Below the pieces are notes generated by a model, which had not been told where the DNA came from, made no database searches, and saw only the letters and a list, made by a program, of their open reading frames with translations. A stretch of 64,000 nt of DNA, taken from the NCBI GenBank assembly GCA_032718475.1, contig JAUCBJ010002907.1, positions 31,356 through 95,355 on the forward strand. The letters are read 5' to 3'. This document shows positions 1 through 12,170 of the stretch, in pieces; the stretch's first letter is position 1, and every line of letters begins with the position of its first letter. The position numbers and the translations under genes were made by a program. The DNA comes from Nemertoderma westbladi. Taxonomy: Eukaryota; Animalia; Xenacoelomorpha.

Positions 1-924
1 ATTGGTTGCACAATAGGGTCGTTCTACTATGGAATCTTTGTATACGCCGACGACATCCTTATTTTATGTCCATCTATTTCCAGTCTGCAGTACATGGTTG
101 ACATCTGTCAGAGATTTGCGTCCGACAATAAGTTATTAAAATTCAACACTAGTCCCATTCCGACAAAATCGAAATCGAAATGCGTTCCGTTTGTTTCAGA
201 TTGGTCTGAACTGGCAGCCAAAATATCCCTCAATGGATCGCCATTACCATGGGTAAAAGAGGCGCTCCATTTGGGAAACCTATTAGATTACAAATGCAAT
301 TTGGTGTCAGATACAATTAGGAACCGGGGACCATTTATTGGTAAAATTAACAGTTTACGTCAGGAATTTTATTTTGAGGACCCTTATGATATATGTGAAA
401 TTCAACGCATTTATTCGACTGCGTTTTACAGAAGTAGTATATGGGATTTATTTTCGGATATGTGCAATATAATTTTTACAGCTTGGAACATCAATGTTAG
501 GCTTATTTTTGGGTTACCCTTTAATTCACATCGTTATTTAGTTGATAAAATTTAGGCATCCTATGATAATGTTACTATCTCGTTATTTTCAGCTTATTAG
601 TAACTTGTTTAAATCCTGTAAACCTAGTTTACTTTCCTTAACGGAGTTATGTTATTCAGACTGTGAAACACGTTACACAAAGTTCTTGTGTGAAACACAA
701 GTTCTAATTTAAGGAACATAGCTAATTCTTGTGGTATCTCGTGCTTAAATAATCTTTCACTCAGCATAATAAACGCTCAAAGTTACGCACCGTTATTACC
801 TGGTAATAAATGGAAACTCGATTTTTGTAGGGAACTTATAAATATTCGAATTGGTAAATTGGAAGTTGATTATTTAGATACGGATGAGCTGTCAGACATT
901 TTGAAATATATATCTACCAGTTAA
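1..924 (+). mobile_element. Degraded non-LTR retrotransposon (LINE) RT C-terminal fragment
   Basis: Frame 1 from base 1 reads IGCTIGSFYYGIFVYADDILILCPSISSLQYMVDICQRFA...KSKC...HLGN (RT YADD motif plus thumb). Stops and frameshifts follow 555. Confidence 0.85.
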
Positions 925-1084
925 AAGTGCTATAAAATTAATATCTATATAATTTCATATTTACTTAGTACTTTCCTGTTATATACTGTTTACGGTTAAT
1001 TAATAATTTACCGGTCGTAGCTTATATCTTATCCTCCTTACCTTACCTTTATTACTTGTGCTTATTCTATCTATAATTTGTCCT

Positions 1085-1450
1085 TGACTGTACTTGTACT
1101 TGTACTGTGCTGTACTGTACTTGTACTGTACTGTGCTGTACTGTACTTGTACTTGTACTTGTACTTGTACTTGTACTTGTACTGTACTGTACTGTGCTGT
1201 ACTTGTACTTGTACTGTACTGTGCTGTACTGTACTTGTACTTGTACTGTACTGTGCTGTACTGTACTTGTACTTGTACTGTACTGTACTGTGCTGTACTT
1301 GTACTTGTACTGTACTGTGCTGTACTGTACTTGTACTGTACTGTACTGTACTGTACTGTACTTGTACTGTACTGTACTGTGCTGTACTTGTACTTGTACT
1401 GTACTGTGCTGTACTGTACTTGTACTGTACTGTACTGTGCTGTACTTGTG
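1085..1450. repeat. Compound microsatellite (CTGTA / CTTGTA / CTGTG units)
   Basis: Directly visible low-complexity array; it accounts for the three spurious ORFs at 1078-1487. Confidence 0.95.
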
Positions 1451-2014
1451 TCTTCTGATAATGTATGATAATAATAATAATAATTGATAGATCCCAGACA
1501 GATTATCAGTGGGAAGGTTTAAAAACTTTAATGGCCATTATCTCAGAATGACAATTTTCATCTTTATTTTTTTTTATTATGTATTAATATCATGAATAAT
1601 AATTTATCTTTAAAGTACTACTCTTCTGCCATTTGTCAACCAAATCTCATGATTCAAAGGGTTTTGGCAGTTATTTAACATTTATCTTATAGAATTTTTA
1701 AAAAATGTGTAATCAACTTTTTTTAATCAAAATTATTACATTAATATTAGCTAATTAAAAATTCTATAAGATAAATATTGTAGATTTAATTGTGCTTAAT
1801 CTAAAAAAGTTGATTTCGAGAAATTTGGACCAAGATTGATGGACTAGTAGTGTTTTTAGTGAAAAAATAAATTCCACTAGGGGGAGGCTAAAATTTTCAA
1901 ATATACAATTTTGATGTCTTAATGCCACTGTAACCTGTATTATTGACTTTTTTTTGTTATGGTTAGAGACTGGGATGCCTTAATTCCATTGTAACCTGTA
2001 TTATTGACAACAGG

Positions 2015-3020
2015 ATGACTTCTGTTGTCATCTTTATTGACTTCTTAAAGGCCTTCAATTCTGTCTATCGGTCACTTATGTTCAGCATACTTTCATTATA
2101 TGGGATTCCTGATGAAAGTATTACAGCAATCAGATCAGTATACGATGGTTCGACAACATTTGTGTCTACTGTTGACGGTGACGCAGAACCATTTGCAGTG
2201 TTATGGGGCGTCCTTCAGGGAGACACACTTGCACCATTATTGTTCATAATTGTGGTTGTCTATGTTCTAAGCATGTCCTTAGATCATCATAATGATGATG
2301 GGGTGATGATAACTCCACCTACTGGCTCCAGAAGTCGAGGAAATCCAGCCAAGTACCTAACTAACTGATCTTGACTTTGCTGATGACTTAGGAGTACTCT
2401 CAGAATCATTAGAGGGAGCCCAACGGCTCCTCAGCTCATTAGAACAGGCTGCTTCTAGTGTTGGTCTTTTTGTTAACTCCAAGAAGACCAAAGTTGAATG
2501 AATCATTCAAAAATGAATCATTGAATGATTCGGGTTTCCAAGATGTTGAAGTCACACAGAATACATAGGAAACTTGTCCATTTATTTAGAGCAGCAGTAG
2601 TTCCAGTACTCCTCTACGGGAGTCCATGCAGGGCTCTAACTGCTGAGGACACCAAATCTCTGGATGGCACATTCACAAGAATGCTACGCCGGGTTCATTG
2701 TGTCAAGTACAATGCACACATATCCAACCAGACACTATATAACATTGGAGGTGTCTCATTGGTTCCTCCAAGCTTGACACTATAACAAAGCCGCCTCCCC
2801 TTTGCAGGACATTGCTTTCACCGTGAAGACCAGCCTGCGCACAATCTTGTGCTTTGGGAGCCCCATGGAGAAAATATGCATGGTGGACAGACCATGACTT
2901 TTGTGAGACACCCCTTAAAGGACCCTGGCCTTGAAGATGCGGATAATGTCGCCAAAGTCATGGGGTATAGGGGGTTGTGGTGGTGTAACTTTGTTGATAA
3001 GCCGGCATAGCATTCTTAAT
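2015..3020 (+). mobile_element. RTE-like LINE RT, degraded, 5'-truncated
   Basis: Motifs FIDFLKAFNSV, GVLQGDTLAPLLF, DLDFADD, LFRAAVVPVLLYGS, FAGHCF; several stops and frameshifts. Confidence 0.85.
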
Positions 3021-3884
3021 GGATGCTGCATTGAGCTAATCAATTGTGGATTGCATGGTGGTGGAAAAATATTTTCGTTTAAGCCAGCATAGAATCACAA
3101 CGTGCAGCTTCAATCCAGCAGACCAATTTGTAGTAGTATTATAGTATACAGCAATGCCACTGTGACCTGTTTTTTTCCTCAAATAGATGATTGGCATTGC
3201 TGATATGTCCAAATTGGATTTGCATCAATATGATATATTATTATATTATTATGTGTTGGTACATTCGAGGTGTTGGTAAAGTCGAAGTTTTGGTAGATGG
3301 TTGAATAGTTGAAAGGCATTGGCAGTATTGTCACAATAACATGGTACAGGTGGTGGTATCATGGTTTATATGACATGCCGAATCTATTACGGATTCTAAT
3401 ATAAAGGCAAAACACCGGTTTCTGATTTATTTCAGCACAAAGATACTGCTTGTAATACGAAACCTGTTTTTGATGTTTGTGTTGCAACAAAATAATGGCA
3501 TGACATTCGTATTTTATTGATTTCATTAAATTTGTTAGAAATGAAACATACCTTTGCATTGCCAGTCCCAGAATTATATTATTTGCAATAAATTACCTTA
3601 AACCATTTTCCATCAACTGTAAGAGTTAGAATCAGTTCAGCGACACTGATTGATTTATGTTTATGGTATTGAGGTCACTTACCATTCATTATACACTTTA
3701 TGTAATAACGAACCTGTCTTTATACTGGGTAGTTTTTTTCTACAGCTGAGGCCGGCAAAAACAGTATGGATGGATGTATGTTTGTATGTATGTATATATG
3801 TTTGTTTGTATGTATGTTTTCTTTGTATCAAACCAACAAATTGCTTCAAACCACTTGTATGTATTGACTACCTGACACTGACTA

Positions 3885-5360
3885 CCATTAGCTGATCCTG
3901 TTTACATTCCTACTGATGGACTCTGAAACCAGCTGACTATTGTTAGCTGATCCTGTTTACATTCCTACTGATGGACTCTGAAACCAGCTGACTATTGATA
4001 GCTGATCCTGTTTACATTCCTACTGATGGCCTCCGAAACCAGCTGACTACCGACTTGCTGATCCTGTTTACATTCTAGCTGATGGACTCTGAAACCAGCT
4101 GACTATTGTTAGCTGATCCTAATTACATTCCTAGTGATGGACTCTGAAACCAGCTGACTACCGTTAGCTGATCCTGTTTATATTCCTACTGATGGCCTCC
4201 GAAACCAGTTGACTAACGACTTGCTGATCCTGTTTACATTCCTACTGATGGCCTACGAAACCAGTTGGCTACCATTAGCTGATCCTGTTTACATACCTAC
4301 TGATAGACTCTGAAACCAGCTGACTACCGTTAGCTGATCCTGTTTACATTCCTACTGATGGACTCTGAAACCAGCTGACTACCGACTTGCTGATCCTGTT
4401 TACATTCCTACTGATGGACTCTGAAACCATCTGACTATTGTTAGCTGATCCTGTTTACATTCCTACTGATGGACTCTGAAACCAGCTGACTACCGACTTG
4501 CTGATCCTGTTTACATTCCTACTGATGGCCTCCGAAACCAGCTGACTACCGACTTGCTGATCCTGTTTACATTCCTACTGATGGACTCTGAAACCAGCTG
4601 ACTACTGTTAGCTGATCCTGTTTACATTCCTACTGATGGACTCTGAAACCAGCTGACTACCGAATGCTGATCCTGTTTACATTCCTACTGATGGACTCTG
4701 AAACCAGCTGACTATTGTTAGCTGATCCTGTTCACATTCCTACTGAAGGACTCTGAAACCAGCTGACTACCGACTTGCTGATCCTGTTTACATACCTACT
4801 GATGGCCTACGAAACCAGCTGACTACCGTTAGCTGATCCTGTTTACATTCCTACTGATGGACTCTGAAACCAGCTGACTATTGTTAGCTGATCCTGTTTA
4901 CATTCCTACTGATGGACTCTGAAACCTGCTGACTATTGTTAGCTGATCCTGTTTACATACCTACTGATGGCCTACGAAACCAGCTGACTACCGTTAGCTG
5001 ATCCTGTTTACATTCCTACTGATGGACTCTGAAACCAGCTGACTATTGTTAGCTGATCCTGTTTACATTCCTACTGATGGACTCTGAAACCAGCTGACTA
5101 CCGACTTGCTGATCCTGTTTACATTCCTACTGATGGCCTCCGAAACCAGCTGACTACCGACTTGCTGATCCTGTTTACATTCCTACTGATGGCCTCCGAA
5201 ACCAGCTGACTACCGACTTGCTGATCCTGTTTACATTCCTACTGATGGACTCTGAAACCAGCTGACTACCGACTTGCTGATCCTGTTTACATTCCTACTG
5301 ATGGACTCTGAAACCAGCGGACTATTGTTAGCTGATCCTGTTTACATTCCTACTGATGGC
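3885..5360. repeat. Tandem minisatellite, 55/56-bp unit, about 26-27 copies
   Basis: Unit GCTGATCCTGTTTACATTCCTACTGATGG(ACTCT/CCTCC/CCTAC)GAAACCAGCTGACTA(TTGTTA/CCGACTT/CCGTTA); unit starts at 3891, 3946, 4001, 4057 and onward. Confidence 0.95.
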
Positions 5361-5578
5361 CTTTTTACAAGCTATTTTTTCCCGGTTTATTTATTATTAT
5401 TAATGTCCTTACCATTCCACGTTCCAAATTTTATGGCTAACTTACCTTATACAGTAATAATAAATTTTATAATTTCAATTATTTATTGACCCATGTTTTA
5501 ATTTAATTATGTCATGTTTTACTGTACATCATGCCTTACCTGGCTTAATAAATAAAATATTATTATATATTATTATTA

Positions 5579-7300
5579 ATGTTACAGAACATCACCAAGC
5601 CTTATAATAATATAAAAGAAAACATACAGAACTCATACAGAAGTCCCTCACAACTGTTCGTAGATAATGAGACCATGTTGTCAGAAGAAGGATCAACACA
5701 GGGTGACCCACTGGCACTGGCGATGTATGGTGTTGGAACCCTTCCACTAATAAAGCTAGTTGGTAAAGTGGCACACGATTTCGATCAGGAAAAATTTGGA
5801 GAAGACAAATTGTTGGAAAAATGGTTTGCAGATGACGGAAATGCAGCTGGCCGACTACAAACACTTCTAACATACTGGGATGCCATATGCTCCTATGGAT
5901 CTGGATATGGTTATTCCCCGAACGCAATAAAAACATTTCTTATCGTGAAGGAAGGATTCATGAGTGAAGCTAAAACCATTTTTTGCTAACACTGGCGTAC
6001 AACTAACCGAAGGTCATCGTGTACTAGGCTCAGTTATTGGGTCCCAATCATGCTGCTGCGATTATGTAAATGACAAAGTCCATTCACTGTTCGATCAGCT
6101 GGTTAAGCTTTGAGAATTCGCTGTAACAGCTCCTCAGCCATCCTATAGTTGTCTCGTGTATGGCATGCAACCTAAGTTCAACTTCTTATCAAGAACAACC
6201 GCAATGGACCAAATTGATGACTTGATTACAGATCGGGTCATCCCAACAATAACAGGTAATCCCCCTCCAGGTAAAATACAGCGCGATCTCCTCGCTCTGC
6301 CTGTCAGGGAGGGAGGTCTAGCAATATGAAGATCAACCGACCTTCATCAGGGTATCCAGGCGTCCCGAAGATTATGTGCACCACTCTTTAGTGTTGACAC
6401 CTGCTTAGAACCATCAGAAGCTCGTACAAAACAACAAACAATCCGCCGAGAAATAAAGAAAGATAGAATGGAAGGTGCGAAGGAAAGCGCCGAGGGCATC
6501 CACAGTAAGCTTAGCAACAGCGACCAATATCTCGGCCTACTATCTAAGGAAAAGGGAGCCTCTTCCTGGCTGACTGCACTACCCCTGACCAAATACGGTT
6601 ACTCCCTACAAAAAGAAGCCTTCAGGGATGCACTGTGCTTGCGATGTGGGTGGCAGCCACCAAAGCTTCCTTGACTATGTTCATGTGGGGCCGAACACTC
6701 CATATCGCATGTCTTACACTGTCCAACTGGTGGATACCCCAGCCTTCGCCCTAATGAGGTAAGGGACTACTTGGTGGAGTTATTAGCCTAGGTTTCTCAT
6801 GACGTGCAGATAGAACCGCACCTTCAACCAGTGGGTGGTGAGCAGTTTAAACTGAGTAGTACCTCAACAGACCTGGATGCTCGACAGGATATGGCAGCTT
6901 CTGGCATATGGGGTGGATGCTTCCAGAAGCTCTTCATAGATGTGAAGGTTTTTAATCCACTTTGCGCATCCAACCCCAAGTCGATCAATGCAGCTTATAC
7001 AAAGCATGAAAAGGATAAGCGCCGCAAATATGAAGAACGGATAACTCTCATTGAACACGCATCCTTTACTCCATTTGTAATGTCAACTACAGGGGGAGCT
7101 GGCAGGGGTGCTCAGGCACTATTAAACAGAGTAGCACTCCTTCTATCAGCAAAGCGGGGTGCTCCTTACTCCAAGACAGTGTCATTAATCCGTACACGTT
7201 TAAGCTTTGCGCTATTGCGCTCTTCAATAATGTGTTTGCGAGGCGCACGAGAACCACGATTAAAAGGGTCCCGATTACTCTGCAGGAAACCGGAATACAG
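5579..7300 (+). mobile_element. CRE-like non-LTR retrotransposon (RT + CCHC + restriction-like endonuclease), pseudogenised
   Basis: SEEGSTQGDPLALAMYG, WFADDG, GASSWLTALP, FRDALCLR, CSCG..HVLHC..GG..LRPNEVRD, EPHLQP, FIDVKVFNP, EKDKRRKY, FTPFVMSTTGG. Multiple in-frame stops; A-rich tail near 7460-7485. Confidence 0.85.
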
Positions 7301-7960
7301 GCACCTACATCTGATGCCTGTATTAAAGTTTAAACAAGTCATCACACTCACTCCACAACTCGAATTCCCTTCACCATTCAACTTTTACTGTAGCTACTGT
7401 AGACATACATATTATTTGTGTTAGTATATTAAAGTTCTAGTTGGAGTTGCTGAGGTAAAACAATTAAAAAGAAAATAAAAAAAAATTTAGATTTTAAAAT
7501 CGGAAGTATATTTAAAATAATATACAATATAAATTATGTTAAAACAAATATTATACATTTAAATTGATAAAAAAGAAAACTGAAAATAATATTTTAAAAT
7601 AATATTTTTACATGAAAAATTGACACTAGTTCACCAGGAACTGGTGTGTTATAGGTACAGCCCCTTCAAAATTTTTAATATAGCTACAGTAGTTTATGCT
7701 ATTTTTTTTAGAACATATAAGCGGTACTAGTAGCATATATGTCTCAAATTTTTAATAATTTTTTTATCACCAATTTTCATTTTATTTATATATCGTCGAT
7801 TGTATAAATTTTTGTTATCTCGTGTTTTTTTATGGAAGCTAGTAAAAATGTAAAAGCAATACATAATTATCCCCCCCATAATTGCAATGCAATGTTATGC
7901 AATTTGAACGTGTGTACTAACATACCTTACCTATGCCGCAAATCAAATATTCCGTAATTT

Positions 7961-7989
7961 CTAATTCGTAACTTTATTATTTAATGCAG
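7961..7989 (+). promoter_or_regulatory. 3' splice acceptor (branch point CTAAT, T-rich tract, CAG) of the neuropeptide exon
   Basis: CTAAT at 7961-7965, then ...ACTTTATTATTTAATGCAG|GT. The in-frame stop at 7962 closes the frame upstream and there is no ATG after it, so splicing is required. Confidence 0.65.
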
Positions 7990-8462
7990 GTGGTTCACTC
8001 AGCAGTTCTCGAGAAATAACTAATGACAGGGATCGCGATGTTTCAACAATTTTAGCACGAAGATTAGTAGCGGATTTTCTACCCCGCCTCTACTTTATTC
8101 GAGATGGTGAGAGTGGCGATGGATACCCAGGAAACCAGCCAATTCACAGTGATTCTTTAGTTGAACACTCGCAAATCTTTTTCAGAAACGTCCCAGGATT
8201 TGGCAAACGAAACGTCCCAGGATTTGGCAAACGAAACGTCCCAGGTTTTGGCAAACGAAACGTCCCAGGTTTTGGCAAACGAAACGTCCCAGGTTTTGGC
8301 AAACGAAACGTCCCAGGTTTTGGCAAACGAAACGTCCCAGGTTTTGGCAAACGAAACGTCCCAGGTTTTGGCAAACGAAACGTACCAGGGTTTGGCAAAC
8401 GAAACGTCCCGGGGTTTGGCAAACGAAACGTCCCGGGGTTTGGTAAAAGAACAACATTCTGA
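7990..8462 (+). CDS. Terminal coding exon of a multicopy amidated neuropeptide precursor: 11 x NVPGF-G-KR (predicted NVPGFamide)
   Basis: Frame 3: GSLSSSREITNDRDRDVSTILARRLVADFLPRLYFIRDGESGDGYPGNQPIHSDSLVEHSQIFFR-(NVPGFGKR)x11-TTF*. Units start at 8187 and recur every 24 nt to 8427; TGA at 8460-8462. All unit differences are synonymous in this frame. G-KR is the amidation donor plus dibasic convertase site. Confidence 0.88.
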
Positions 8463-8765
8463 GAATGACAAATCAAACCTACTTGGAACAGGTTAATAGG
8501 TAACTTGGGGTGCATCCAATGGTATTCTCACATTGATTTACTTTTCATTCGTCGACCCAACAAATTAAACTAAATTCGAGTTATTCAAAGAAACTGCAAC
8601 ATTATTTGGTTTCAATATTATATATTTTGCTGTTGTCATTTCGTGGTTTTGTGATAGTGGAAATTTGGAATGATATTATTATTAATATTATGATTAATTA
8701 ACCTACAGCTGATTCAGCTTACGCTGTATCAGTAATAATTTATGGTTGATTTGTTTACATCCAAT

Positions 8766-8771
8766 AATAAA
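8766..8771 (+). promoter_or_regulatory. Candidate polyadenylation signal AATAAA for the neuropeptide transcript
   Basis: AATAAA about 300 nt after the stop, followed by GT/T-rich sequence (TTTGTTTATTGTTATTTT). Confidence 0.35.
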
Positions 8772-10391
8772 TTTGTTTATTGTTATTTTCGTACAAATTG
8801 TTAAATCACTGACAAAAAATAATATCCACAGAAATTACTAGTGTTTGTTGTCTGAATTGCATGATCAGGTAGATGTATATAACTTATCAGTTGATTCTGA
8901 GTCAGAGTCATTATCGTGTATTAAGATTCATTAACATATGATTTGGCAAGCAATTAAGCATTATATAAACGACGTACAAATTCGACAGGTTCAAACATAT
9001 AACTTACGGATCCATAATGATCCAGGTTCCAGGTCCAAAGAATCCCGTTATCTCACTACATGTAACTCTAGCTGTGGCGGTTAATTCAAAGTGTTGTGTT
9101 ACTCTACTCTCACTACCAATAATTTCATACATGACCACAGAACCAACAAGGCTTAGGATGACATTTGCATAGCACCTCATATTTCGGTGCTGTAGCATAT
9201 GCTCATAATTAATTGTGTAAATGCGACAAGTATCCCCACTGTCTTTAATTATGTTAAAAAAGCTTAATAAAAAAACAACGAAATTTATAAAACGTATCTT
9301 TATTCAATATATGTTTTGCATAACTATAATTCTGTAATTGAATAGCTCCAAAACAGCTCGGCCGGATGGTATTAATGTAGAACAAGTTTAACAATGAATC
9401 CTGCCGTTATTTCCAACACAACTTTTTAATTTATTATAATTTCGGTCGCCTTCAGGGCTCTTTATCAAAATTACCAGCAAATATTACCCACAAAATTACC
9501 AGAACCTACTGCACTAAAATATAAAATCAAATCTACAAACAGAATTACTGAATTATCAGAATACAGTAATTATAACTTATAGCATCAATAATGCTAGTTG
9601 TTCTAATATAGGTACGACAATGTAGTAATTAAGGAAGGTCTGTGTATGTGTATTCTACTGACATATCATGATATGCATAACAACAATATGACTTTAATGG
9701 AAGCAATAACAGCTGAAGCCTATACGCCATACAAATGACAGACTGCAACTGGCTTAGACAACAGGTAACAGTGTAAGTAATGTGAGCATATCACAGTATT
9801 ATATTAATGTTACAGGCACCCGAATAGATAGTGGTTGAAGATTCAAATTTATATCACACGGCCTGACTGCAACTGAGGACTGTATAATTAACCCTTACAA
9901 CTGTAACCTATGAACAACAACTTCTATATGCCCATCACTGCCGCATTTTAATTGTGATAAAAACGCAAACGGGTTAGGATGAGTATGAGGAGGTTGAACT
10001 GTTGAGAATATCGCAGGCAAACTTGGTCAGTAAATCTAAGATCTAAACCACCGGCCATCTTTTAACGGGTATGAAGGACGTAAGTTTTCTTAATACTATG
10101 TTTTCTTGGAGTTTTTCTGCTGATAAAAAGCATCGACTTTCTTTGGCTTAGAATGGTAAAAAGCATCGACTTTCAAAATCTTCCTTTGGCTTAGAAGTAA
10201 AAATTCAAGTAAAGTAAATTTTCTTCGGCCATTAGACAAGGGATTACTGAAAACTTATTTCCAGTGTGGTACCCCCAGCAATATATACTCCCCAGAGGAA
10301 ACTCCAATACTCATTTAGCACCATTTAAGAATGCAAGGCAGATATGCCCTGGCTAGTCCCTAAGGCATTCATGCTGAAAGAAACTACTCTG

Positions 10392-10425
10392 GACCCCATG
10401 CAGGGATCGAACCCACGACCTATGG
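10392..10425 (-). mobile_element. tRNA-derived SINE head fragment (B box)
   Basis: Minus strand reads CCATAGGTCGTGGGTTCGATCCCTGCATGGGG (T-arm/B-box GGTTCGATCC). Confidence 0.4.
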
Positions 10426-12105
10426 AGAGATATGGAGATGTGTGAATTCAATGCAACCCCCCCTACAGGTGGAACTAGTTTTAGGCTTTGAAATGTAGAT
10501 ATTGAAAAAATTGAGAAATGCCGAAATATTGATGGAAATGTTAATTAATAAATTTTATTAATTGTTTCTCAGTGGGTCACTTGTAAAAAGACCTTTCTTC
10601 TCTATCCTATCCACTCTGGATAACTACAAACCAGTATTAGGCCTTGGTGGGATAAATATTTCTCCATTTGACGCAACACCGCCGCGGCCGCTATGAGGGA
10701 GGTGAATACCGCGGCCGCTCCTAAAGCCGCAGGCCATCGCTAACTATATAGGTTAACTTGGGATTCTGGGGGACTTTTCGATGAAGGAACTGACCAAATT
10801 TTTTTATTTTCTCACCAGGGGAGCGGCTCGGAATTCTAAGATATTAGCAACTCTAACATTATTAAATCTAACCCTTCGACGGACACGGCGGACAAAAAAC
10901 CGTCATTTTTTCGACAATTTTAAAATTTTTTTGAAAGGCGCTCTACAGTGGCTCGAAAAAACCCTAGGTTATTGCTTAGCCGACGCCGGGATACGATAGA
11001 AGGGATTAATTAGTGAATTCGTTTTTTTCTTCAAAAAAGATTACCACGCCTTTTTTCCGAAAATGTCCGTCAAAGTTGAAAAAACGGACAAAATGACTTT
11101 GCGGGATTAGCTATAACTCTGCTAATATTAATCGTACGGGGACGAAAGTAACGCGTTTATAAAGGGGAAGAGTGGTACTACCTTCGTATCGAATGGGGGT
11201 AAGATATTTATTAAAATTTCGGGTGGAAAAAGGGGCTGTAAATTTGTACGTTTTTGTCCGTCTTTTTTGGAAAACTTATTTCCGAAATGTTTAATTCGAC
11301 GACGCGGGTAGGAATCCACTAATTCTTTTATGAAACTCGTAGAAGACCATTGGGGCTACGTTCCTATCGAATGGGGGTACAAAAAATATGTCGGCAATAG
11401 GGGCCAAAAAGGGCCAGAATTTGTAAAGTAGTTTTTATCGAATAATTTTTTATTTTTAACTTTAGTTGGTTAAGGTACATTCTATACAGTCAATATCCAT
11501 ACGGGGAATTCAAATATGCTATCGGTTTTGCTCCAAGGATGATATTAAAAAAATGAGGGCCAAAATTATAATTTCGCGCTTCAAACTTGCTTCGCGGGAA
11601 ATCGTCTAGCTCAAAAACTACTTAACTTACGGGAGATTTGTTTACACAGACTTATAGTGCGTTAAATTATCTATCTAACAGCGTTAATCACAGCGCCGGA
11701 GGTATTATAAAACTGGAGCGGCAGGCGATCGTGTGAAATATAATATTTATAAAAAGGGACGAAAAATTTTTTTTTTTTAACAAATCGCTATTCCATTATA
11801 ATTTAGCGTATTGCGCCAAAAGTACCTGTAAAAAGTATCAAATTAACTCCGCTATCTTTTATCTTAACATATATAATTAAAATTACGAATTTTAAGGGTC
11901 GAAAAATATCGCGTTATTTTGGCCCTTTTTTTAAATTTTTTTGGGGCCAAAAATAACCCCTTCTCAAAAGATTAAGAAAAAAATTACGGCAAAGAATATA
12001 CCAATTTTATTGAATTTGGACCACCAGAACCGAAGTTAGAGCGATTTTAGTGAAAAAATAAAAATAATTTTTTTTGCAAAAAAATTAAGAATGGTCAGGT
12101 CAATA

Positions 12106-12170
12106 TTGGATTTCGAACCCGCGAACTTAGGTTTCATTAACGTGATTGATAACCACTAGACTATGTGACC
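12106..12170 (-). other. tRNA-like Pol III A/B-box sequence embedded in an unclassified repeat (about 10660-12830)
   Basis: Minus strand CACATAGTCTAGTGGTTATC...GCGGGTTCGAAATCC; no proper anticodon or acceptor stems. Confidence 0.4.

Noticed and set aside
1078-1487. Cys/Leu/Tyr-rich ORFs
   Set aside because: Translation of a microsatellite.
3885-5360. CRISPR-like regular array
   Set aside because: No unique spacers; the variable parts are 5-7-bp recurring alleles; eukaryotic context with no cas genes.
8144-8515. ORF-track proteins over the 24-bp repeat (ETSQVLAN, PKPGTFRL, SFAKTWDV, GRFVCQNL)
   Set aside because: Shadow frames of the neuropeptide exon; unit variants are non-synonymous in them and they rely on non-ATG or implausible starts.
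9436-9475. Second hammerhead-like motif (minus strand TTGATAA...CGAAA)
   Set aside because: Stem II and stem I pair poorly; at best a decayed remnant.
12106-12170. Functional tRNA gene
   Set aside because: Only A/B boxes are present; the cloverleaf stems do not pair; it is embedded in a repeat.
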